Shown here: positions 8,348 through 15,360 of the stretch, one piece after another | Position numbering within the stretch: the first letter of the stretch is position 1 | Layout of the letters: every line of letters starts with the position of its first letter | Assembly (NCBI GenBank): GCA_034722055.1 | Contig: JAYENL010000059.1 | Location: forward strand, 1-21,009 | Direction: 5' to 3' | Length of the DNA: 21,009 nt | From: Armatimonadota bacterium | GTDB taxonomy: Bacteria; Armatimonadota; Zipacnadia; Zipacnadales; UBA5352 | Translations under genes and position numbers: made by a program | The notes under the pieces: model-generated | Databases searched by the model: none | What the model was told of the DNA's origin: nothing | The model's input: only the letters and a program-made list of their open reading frames with translations

Positions 8348-9205
8348 ATGCGAATCTGGTGCGCGGGCACCGTTGGGGCAGTGGTGTCGGTGCTGCTGAT
8401 GCTGAGCTGGGCGCCGGCGACCGGCCAGGCCGCCGGAGGGGAGCTGCTCTTCGACGTGCAGCCCGTCACGCTGGAGGGCCGCACGCTGGTGCCGCTGCGA
8501 CCGATCTTCGAGTGGCTGGGCGCCAAGGTCACCTACGACGGCGGGCACATCCAGGCCTGGCGGTCGGAGGGGGCCGCCGTCCCGCAGGTGGAGCTGTGGA
8601 TCGGCAGCAGCGAGGCGCAGATTGCCGAGGCCACCTACCGCCTGGACGTCGCACCCCAGCTCATCCACGGCAGATGCTTCGTGCCCCTGCGCTTCGTGGC
8701 TGAGAGCTTCGGGGTCTGGGTGGAGGCGGAAGGGTCACAGATGCGGCTGAGCCTGCCGCAGGAGAACATCGAGGCGCTGATGGCCGTTCCGCCGCATCCG
8801 CAGACCCATCAGGGCAAGATCTGGCGAGTCATCGAGCGGTGGTACGGCGTGCTGCCCCCGGACGAGGAGACGGGGGAGAGGGCGGGACCCGTACACTGGC
8901 GCCTGCTCTCCGAGGCGAAGCAGGAGGCGCTGCTGAGCGAGATGGGGGAGGACGCCCCCAGCATAGTCGAGGCGCGGTGGAGCGGGCGTGAGGTGGACGG
9001 CATCCGCGTTCTGCACTATCACGTCGGCCCCGGAGACGAGACCGGCTGGGTGCAGGTGAAGGTGGGCTACGCGGGCGGGGAGGGCGAGATACATCGCTTC
9101 GACTTCGTCCGCGAGCCCGATGGCTGGAAGGTGGACGAGGTCGAGACGGTCGATCTGAGCGACGACGAGCCCGTGGACGAGCCGCGGGCGACCACAGGAG
9201 GATAG
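8348..9205 (+). CDS. Exported protein with copper amine oxidase N-terminal (stalk) domain
   Basis: Signal peptide and paired motifs GRTLVPLRPIFEWLG / GRCFVPLRFVAESFG. ATG 8348 follows GAGAGGGG. C-terminal half ends in FVREPDGWKV (NTF2-like strand, tentative). Confidence 0.85.
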   Translation: MRIWCAGTVGAVVSVLLMLSWAPATGQAAGGELLFDVQPVTLEGRTLVPLRPIFEWLGAKVTYDGGHIQAWRSEGAAVPQVELWIGSSEAQIAEATYRLDVAPQLIHGRCFVPLRFVAESFGVWVEAEGSQMRLSLPQENIEALMAVPPHPQTHQGKIWRVIERWYGVLPPDEETGERAGPVHWRLLSEAKQEALLSEMGEDAPSIVEARWSGREVDGIRVLHYHVGPGDETGWVQVKVGYAGGEGEIHRFDFVREPDGWKVDEVETVDLSDDEPVDEPRATTGG

Positions 9206-9206
9206 A

Positions 9207-9452
9207 ATGTCTGAGGAGAAGCAGAAGCTCATCGAGAAGGTCGAGGAGGCGCTCAAGAAGGTCAGACCGTCGCTGGAGGCTGACGGCGGTGGTGTGGAGC
9301 TCGTCGATGTGACGGATGACAATGTGGCTGAGGTCCGACTGCAGGGCGCGTGCAGGGGATGCCCCATGGCGCAGATGACGCTGGCGATGGGCATCGGCCG
9401 CGTTCTGAGGCAGGAGGTCCCGGAGATCACCGACGTGCGCGCGGTGGAGTAG
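9207..9452 (+). CDS. NifU/Nfu-domain Fe-S cluster carrier protein
   Basis: VRPSLEADGGGVELV...VRLQGACRGCP (CxxC); SD AGGAGG. Confidence 0.95.
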   Translation: MSEEKQKLIEKVEEALKKVRPSLEADGGGVELVDVTDDNVAEVRLQGACRGCPMAQMTLAMGIGRVLRQEVPEITDVRAVE

Positions 9453-9720
9453 GCTGGTTCAGCGCCTGGAAGGGGGCCGACTTCGTCGGGCTTTACAGCC
9501 CTCCTCAGGACGGCCCCTCCGACGGCCGTTTGCCGAGCCGTTTGGAGGGGCGCGACTACGCTCGCGCCCGCCTGATGGCGCGGGCTGTAACCCTCGCGTA
9601 GGTCGGGCTTCCGGAGATCGCACGCGATCTCACCGACAACGCCGAACGGCGTGCGGAGGAGGGCCTCCGCACCACGGAGAGGAGGGCCGGGAGGCCCCGT
9701 TGGGCGGCGACCGGACGCAA
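9453..9720. repeat. Intergenic REP/BIME-like palindrome cluster, copy 1
   Basis: Contains GTAGGTCGGGC, GAGATCGC-AC-GCGATCTC, GGGCGCGA-N6-TCGCGCCC and GTGCGGAGG-N4-CCTCCGCAC. 9525-9641 is an inverted copy of 13077-13193. Confidence 0.75.
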
Positions 9721-9817
9721 AGCGGAGACTGGCCCAGGGGATGTGATGGGAGGTCGGGCCGCCAGCGGATTGGCGGCCTTCTTGTGTGGAAGGCACCACC
9801 GAACGGAGGAGTGGCGA

Positions 9818-10795
9818 ATGAGCGAGCAGATCGGCATGGGGGTCATCGGCTGCGGCGGGATCGCGGGGGCTCACCTGCCTGCCTACGAGGCTGTCGATGA
9901 GCTCCGCACCGTCGCGGTCTGCGACATCGATGAGGAGGCCGCGCGCAGGGCCGCGGAGGCTCACGACGTACCGGCGGTGTACACCGACTGGGGGGACCTG
10001 CTGGGGGATGAGGCGGTGGACGCCGTGAGCGTCTTGCTGCCGCATCACCTGCACCGGGACGCGGCGGTGGCTGCGGCCGAGGCCGGCAAGCACGTGCTTT
10101 GCGAGAAGCCCATGGCGGTGTCGCTGCAGGAGGCCGACGACATGATCGCGGCCGCCGAGGCGGCCGGCGTGGTGCTGATGATCGCCCAGATACTGCGCTT
10201 CCGCCAGGCGAACATCCGGGCCCGCGAGCTGATCGGCGAGGGCGCGGTCGGCGAGGTGCGCAACGTGCTGCGCCGCCGCCTGGGCCGCTCGGAGGGCTTC
10301 CGCTCGGAGTGGGCGCGCAGGCCCGAGGAGGCCGGCGGCTGGGTGCTCTACGGCTACGGCAGCCACGAGGTGGACATGATCCTGTGGCTGACGCAAGCCG
10401 GGGCCACCGACGTCTACGCTCAGGCGCGGCGCAACAACCCCTACTGGAACGACATCGACGAGCTGACCGTCCAGATGGCCCTCGGCGATGGGGCCATGGC
10501 GACCTACCAGCACAGCCTCAACACGCCCTTCGGGGCCTGGGGGTGCATGATCATCGGGACCGAGGCGGCGATGCTGGTGGGGTCGGAGCAGATCCAGGTG
10601 GACGGGGAGAGCATCGACGTGCCGCTCGACAGCACCGCGGCGTGGCGGGCGCAGGTGGGTGAGTTCGCGCGGGCCGTGCTGGAGGGCGGCGAGCCGGAGG
10701 CCTCCGGCCGCGACGTGCGGCGCACGATGGCGGCGCTGGAGGCGGCCAGGCTCTCGATCCGGGACGGCGTGGTCGTGGACGCCTCAAAGCTGTGA
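9818..10795 (+). CDS. Gfo/Idh/MocA family oxidoreductase
   Basis: GVIGCGGIA Rossmann motif, AGKHVLCEKP, GGWVLYGYGSHEVD. Start re-called at ATG 9818 behind GGAGGAG. Confidence 0.95.
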   Translation: MSEQIGMGVIGCGGIAGAHLPAYEAVDELRTVAVCDIDEEAARRAAEAHDVPAVYTDWGDLLGDEAVDAVSVLLPHHLHRDAAVAAAEAGKHVLCEKPMAVSLQEADDMIAAAEAAGVVLMIAQILRFRQANIRARELIGEGAVGEVRNVLRRRLGRSEGFRSEWARRPEEAGGWVLYGYGSHEVDMILWLTQAGATDVYAQARRNNPYWNDIDELTVQMALGDGAMATYQHSLNTPFGAWGCMIIGTEAAMLVGSEQIQVDGESIDVPLDSTAAWRAQVGEFARAVLEGGEPEASGRDVRRTMAALEAARLSIRDGVVVDASKL

Positions 10796-10829
10796 TGCTC
10801 CGCATGAACGAGGCGAGGAGTGAGCCCGC

Positions 10830-11792
10830 GTGTACCCGACGCTGACCACCGTCGGTCCCTGGCGGCCCGTGCATCTGCCGGCGGTCTTCGCGTTCTTTGT
10901 GGGGCTGGTGTGGGTCTGGACCTACTTCGAGCGCCGCCAGGATGACCGCGAGATGCGCCTGACCTTCGGGCTGGTGGCGGAGCTTGTGGTGCAGGCGGCG
11001 GTGCCGACGGCGGCCATCTACCTGATCGTGAACCGCCTCGGCCCGCTGGAGGTGCGCTCCTGGGGCGTTATGGTTCTCCTCTCCTTCGTCGCGGCCGCCA
11101 CGTGGATGTACCTCGATCGCGACCGCTACGACTTCACCGGGACTCAGGTGCTGCACGTGGCGCTGCTGGGCTTCGCCGGCGGCATCATCGGAGGACGCCT
11201 TGGCTACGTGCTCCTGAACCTGTCCGAGTACGCCCAGGAGCCGCTGGGGGCCCTGAACCTGTGGAGCGGAGGAATGTCGTGGCACGGCGGCGTCGCCGGG
11301 GCGCTGCTGGTGCTGGCTATCGGCACCCGCATCACGGGCGTGACTCTCGCGCGGGCCTTCGACCTTTCCGCGCCGGCCGTGGCGCTGGCCTACGCCATCG
11401 CGAGGGTGGGCTGCTTCCTCAACGGCTGCTGCTGGGGACGCAGCGCCGACCTCCCCTGGGCCGTTGTCTTCCCCCCGGAGGCTGCCGGCCCCTCCGGCGT
11501 CCCGCTGCACCCCGCTCAGCTCTACGCCGTGGCCGGCACGCTGCTGTTCACGCTGCCCGCGCTGCTGGCGCTGGGCCGGTGGCTCCGCAAGCCCTTCGAT
11601 CGCTTCCTGGGCTTCCTGGTGCTGTCGTCAGTGGTGCGCTTCGTGGTGGAGGTCTTCCGCCGGGGAGCCAGCGCCGAGGTCTTCGGGCCCATACCGCAGC
11701 TCACCATCGCGCAGGTGGCGTCGCTGGCGATCATCGCCGTCGGCGTCGTCGTCATCCTGGTCCGGGAGCGGCCCGAACCGAGGGCCGGTTAG
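10830..11792 (+). CDS. lgt: Prolipoprotein diacylglyceryl transferase
   Basis: GGRLGYV, WSGGMSWHGG, ARVGCFLNGCCWG, HPAQLY, RFVVEVFR; SD GAGGAG. Confidence 0.9.
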   Translation: MYPTLTTVGPWRPVHLPAVFAFFVGLVWVWTYFERRQDDREMRLTFGLVAELVVQAAVPTAAIYLIVNRLGPLEVRSWGVMVLLSFVAAATWMYLDRDRYDFTGTQVLHVALLGFAGGIIGGRLGYVLLNLSEYAQEPLGALNLWSGGMSWHGGVAGALLVLAIGTRITGVTLARAFDLSAPAVALAYAIARVGCFLNGCCWGRSADLPWAVVFPPEAAGPSGVPLHPAQLYAVAGTLLFTLPALLALGRWLRKPFDRFLGFLVLSSVVRFVVEVFRRGASAEVFGPIPQLTIAQVASLAIIAVGVVVILVRERPEPRAG

Positions 11793-11906
11793 TGCTGAAT
11801 GACACAGTCTCACACATTTGGCGCGTTACGACGACGTCACTGTGCTTCCATGACACGAACAAGTGGTTTACTGCGACGCACAATAGTAGGCCAACGCGAC
11901 GTAGCA

Positions 11907-12623
11907 CTAGCCTGCGGCGCCAATCCTGACGCTGCCGATGATGTCCAGAGCGGTGGGCCTGAACCTCTCCCAGTAGCGGCGCGGAGCGACCACGGCCACC
12001 AGGACGAGGGCCTGCGGCGAGGCCACTGTGGCGCGATAGCCCGTCATCGGCTCCCCGGCCGTGAGGAATCCCGTGTCGAAGCTGAACTGCGACCACACGG
12101 CCGGGCGCCCACCGATAACGGTCCTGCCGGGCTGCCCCTCGCTGATCTCCCCGAATATTACCTCCCAACGCCAGCTCGCCGACCGATGCGCCATCTCGAG
12201 GGTGTCATAGCGCAGGGCGGCCGCCTGGAAGCCGGCCTCCTGCTCCGCGACGATCAGGTGCATCCTCACCCATTCGGAGCGAAGTGCCACCAGCTCCCTC
12301 TCCGCGGCGCGGCCAGATTCGATCACCCGCCAGCCGGCCGGGTACCACACGCTGACCGGGACGTCATCGGCGCGCCAGCGCTCCCAGCTTCGCGGACGAC
12401 CGAAGGGAGATGAGCTGTGAGCCGCCCAGATGGAGATGAAGACCAGCATGGCGGCGATGCTTATGATGATGGCGTCGGTCAGCGGCGCCCACTGGCCGGG
12501 CCTGCGGCTGCGGGGGTCACGGATCCCGGGATGTGGAGCCGCGACACCCTCCCACGAGTGCCCGCTCCGATCCCCAGTCCCGCGGACCGCCGTCGCATCC
12601 CCATTGGCCTGACTGCCGCTCAT
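11907..12623 (-). CDS. Hypothetical single-pass membrane protein (possible PsbP/DcrB-like soluble domain)
   Basis: One hydrophobic helix (AIIISIAAMLVFISIW) followed by VSVWYPAGW and a beta-rich region. Fills the gap between lgt and the ferredoxin. Start is 12623 or 12632. Confidence 0.6.
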   Translation of the reverse strand: MSGSQANGDATAVRGTGDRSGHSWEGVAAPHPGIRDPRSRRPGQWAPLTDAIIISIAAMLVFISIWAAHSSSPFGRPRSWERWRADDVPVSVWYPAGWRVIESGRAAERELVALRSEWVRMHLIVAEQEAGFQAAALRYDTLEMAHRSASWRWEVIFGEISEGQPGRTVIGGRPAVWSQFSFDTGFLTAGEPMTGYRATVASPQALVLVAVVAPRRYWERFRPTALDIIGSVRIGAAG

Positions 12624-12736
12624 CGTGCCCACCCTACCTGAGGCTTCTTCCCCCCAAGCGCGTCTTCCTTCCGTACATGAACGTGGGACAGCCCGTGCGG
12701 ACTGCCCCGGTGATGCGGCATGGGCTCGGCAGGCTG

Positions 12737-12928
12737 CTACTGCTCCTCCCAGGAGATGGCCTCCACCGGGCAGGAGTCGATCGCCTCCTGGATGGTCTCC
12801 TCATCGTCGCCCTGGGGATCGATGACCTCGGCCACTCCTTCGTCGGTGAGCTCAAACGTGTTCGAGGCGATATCGGGGCAGAGTCCGCATCCGGTACACA
12901 TGTCCTGGTCAACGACCGGTGCCTTCAC
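12737..12928 (-). CDS. Single-cluster [4Fe-4S] ferredoxin
   Basis: CTGCGLC...CPVEAI in an acidic 63-aa protein; SD GGGAGG before GTG. Confidence 0.95.
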   Translation of the reverse strand: MKAPVVDQDMCTGCGLCPDIASNTFELTDEGVAEVIDPQGDDEETIQEAIDSCPVEAISWEEQ

Positions 12929-12983
12929 AGGCTATACCTCCCTGTTGATTGACTCGGAACCGGGGCTGGATTCGCCGCGCGCC

Positions 12984-13013
12984 ATCATAACACCTTCCCC
13001 GGCAGGGGCGCAA
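12984..13013 (-). promoter_or_regulatory. Putative sigma70-type promoter of the ferredoxin gene
   Basis: Minus strand reads TTGCGC-N18-TATGAT with an extended -10 TG, about 55 bp upstream of the start. Confidence 0.5.
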
Positions 13014-13029
13014 CGCGGCTGCCGTTCCG

Positions 13030-13330
13030 TGGCACGCACACTGGAGACCTCTGGTCTCGGTGCGTGCGCCATTGGCCGTTGTCGGTGAGATCGCTTGCGA
13101 TCTCCGGAAGCCCGACCTACGCGAAGGATGGCGCCCACGACAACGGCCGGGCGCGAGCGTAGTCGCGCCCCTCCAAACGGCACGACAAACGGCACTCGGC
13201 CTGGAAGCCCGACCTACGCGAAGGATGGCGCCCACGACAACGGCCGGGCCGGAACGGAGGCCGGCCCCTCGGAGACCTTCGGTCTCAACGGCACGACAAA
13301 CGGCCGGCGGGTCTGAAGACGCCGCCGCTC
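13030..13330. repeat. Intergenic REP/BIME-like palindrome cluster, copy 2, with internal direct repeats
   Basis: Perfect 47-bp direct repeat (13106-13152 / 13203-13249), 18-bp direct repeat (13176-13193 / 13287-13304), at least six short hairpins, and GCCCGACCTAC (GTAG-type end on the minus strand). Confidence 0.8.
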
Positions 13331-13468
13331 CGCACGGCGACAGCGGCCGCCCCCGCCCGCAACCGCCAATCCGAGGACGCAGCCGCCGGCGGGCTGAAGG
13401 TCGAGTGCGGGGCATCGACGAAGACGTGACGCGTCCCACCCCAGAGGCAGGCGCGATCGGAGGCAGCA

Positions 13469-14500
13469 ATGGCGCTGACGAACACGTCGCTGGCGCCCGG
13501 CGAGGCGGTGCGCGTGCTCCGGCACTGGGGGATCCAGGTTGGGCCCGAGGCCATCGCTCCCGGCAGCGGCACCGCCAATGCCAGCGCCATCGTGGACGCG
13601 CCGCGCGGGCCAGTGCTGCTGCGCAGGCGCAATCCCCGCTACGCCCGGGAGCAGTGGGTGCGGCACGACCACGCCCTCTTCCGGCATCTGCGCGACCACG
13701 GCCTCCCGGCGCCGGAGGGCGTCCTCGGCGACCTGGGCAGATCGTGGCTGGCCGACGCCGGCGAGATCTACGAGCTGTTCGCCTACGTGGAGGCCGAGGC
13801 GCACGAGGAGGGCGACGAGCGTGAGCTGCTCTCGGCGGGGCGCACGCTGGCCGGCATCCATCGGGCGGCCGAGAGCTTCGAGCCGCCGGCGCCGAAGCCC
13901 TGGCCGCGCTTCCACGACCCCAGGGATGCCCAGGAGGGGCTCACAGAGCTGCTCGCCCTGGGGCGAGAGCGAGGCGAGGCGGCGCGCAGGCTGTCGGTCC
14001 TGGCACGGGCGCTGGAGCTTGCGGAGGCGCTGGTGGACCGCCTGCCTGATGAGCGCTACCTGTCGCTGCCGCAGACGGTGGTGCACGGGGACTACCATCC
14101 CGGCAACCTCAAATTTCGCGAGCATCGGGTGGCCGGGGTCTTCGACTGGGACTGGTGCAGCCGGCAGCCGCGGATGGTGGACCTCGCCGACGGGCTCCTC
14201 TTCTTCTGTGGCGTCCGCACCGAGCCGCTGGTGCCGGGCGACATCTGGTCACTGACAGCGGCGATGACCATCGACAGCGCCCGCGTGGAGCGCTTCCTCG
14301 AGGGCTATCGGGCAGGGGTCGAGCCCACGGAGCGGGAGCTGTCGGCGCTGCCGGACCTGATGCGCTGCCGCTGGCTCTACTGCCGCGTGGACGCGGCGCA
14401 GCGCAAGGTCCAGCCGGCGCGCCGCGCGGAGTTCGTGGTGAGGGACCTGGAGGTCCCGCTGCGGGAGATCGATGCGCTGGCGGCCGAGCTCGGCTGCTGA
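13469..14500 (+). CDS. Phosphotransferase, APH / type II homoserine kinase family
   Basis: Brenner motif HGDYHPGN and FDWD; SD GGAGG before ATG. Confidence 0.9.
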   Translation: MALTNTSLAPGEAVRVLRHWGIQVGPEAIAPGSGTANASAIVDAPRGPVLLRRRNPRYAREQWVRHDHALFRHLRDHGLPAPEGVLGDLGRSWLADAGEIYELFAYVEAEAHEEGDERELLSAGRTLAGIHRAAESFEPPAPKPWPRFHDPRDAQEGLTELLALGRERGEAARRLSVLARALELAEALVDRLPDERYLSLPQTVVHGDYHPGNLKFREHRVAGVFDWDWCSRQPRMVDLADGLLFFCGVRTEPLVPGDIWSLTAAMTIDSARVERFLEGYRAGVEPTERELSALPDLMRCRWLYCRVDAAQRKVQPARRAEFVVRDLEVPLREIDALAAELGC

Positions 14501-14545
14501 GGCAATAAGGCGGGCCGAAGACACCATATCCATGGAGGGTCCCGT

Positions 14546-15262
14546 ATGCGTCGAACGACGTCGCTGGTGGTCAGCATCGCGCTGCTGGGAGCCGTCTGCG
14601 CCGGCAGCGCGTGGGCGGTGCGCACCGAGAAGCTGAACGTGGTCGCAAACCTCACCGAGGAGCGGGTCCAGAATGAGAGCGAGTACGACCTCAGCGCCGC
14701 CGTGGAGGGGGTGTGGGCGCAGGATCAGCCCGGCGTGCGCTGGGAGTTCACTCTCAACTCCGACTACGACCGCTCGCTGACCGCCGAGGAAGAGTACGAC
14801 CGGCTGAAGATGTGGCTGCGCTATCTCATCCAGCAGCGCCCGAAGACCGAGTGGAACCCTCTCATCGTGATCTCGACGGAGGGCGACCACGACTTCGGCA
14901 AGGTCAACACGCTGGTGGCCGCGGGCTACCGGAAGTACTTCGACTGGGGCTTCGTGGAGCTGACCGGTGGTGCCAGCAAGGACATCCAGACCGGCGATGA
15001 CTGGGTCGGCGACGTGGGCGGGCTGGTGCAGGTGGAGAGGGGCTTCGGCCGCTTCACGTGGACGGTGAACCCGGAGGTCAGCTACGGCCTGCTGGGCGAG
15101 GTGCGCTTCCGCGAGAACCGGACGATCTACTCCCTGTCCTCCGGGCTGCGCTACGACGTCGGCCGGGGGCTGGGGGCCGCCTACCGCCTGCGGCTGAATA
15201 ACAGTCAGGGCGACGACCGCCGCCACCAGTTCCTGGGCGTGTCGTACACCTACACGAGGTGA
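14546..15262 (+). CDS. Exported hypothetical protein, probable small outer-membrane beta-barrel
   Basis: Signal peptide (AWA|V), amphipathic beta-strands, C-terminal FLGVSYTYTR; SD GGAGG. Confidence 0.65.
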   Translation: MRRTTSLVVSIALLGAVCAGSAWAVRTEKLNVVANLTEERVQNESEYDLSAAVEGVWAQDQPGVRWEFTLNSDYDRSLTAEEEYDRLKMWLRYLIQQRPKTEWNPLIVISTEGDHDFGKVNTLVAAGYRKYFDWGFVELTGGASKDIQTGDDWVGDVGGLVQVERGFGRFTWTVNPEVSYGLLGEVRFRENRTIYSLSSGLRYDVGRGLGAAYRLRLNNSQGDDRRHQFLGVSYTYTR

Positions 15263-15360
15263 ACGGCGCCGCCTCTCCTTGCCAGGTGTGCCAGTCGTCC
15301 GTCTTCGGCAGTCACTGTGCCCGCACGGAGCGCCGGGTCGGTCCCTCTTGCCTCTGCGGG

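Noticed and set aside
13106..13249. CRISPR array (47-bp repeat, 50-bp spacer)
   Set aside because: Only two repeats, the spacer is itself palindromic and repeated elsewhere, and there are no cas genes in the window.
8735..13824. Shared peptide VVGEIACDLRKPDLREG...ASVVAPLQTARQTA in ORFs 8735-10513 (-) and 13060-13824 (+)
   Set aside because: This is simply the translation of the 117-bp DNA repeat. Conservation follows the hairpin stems, and both ORFs overlap real genes.
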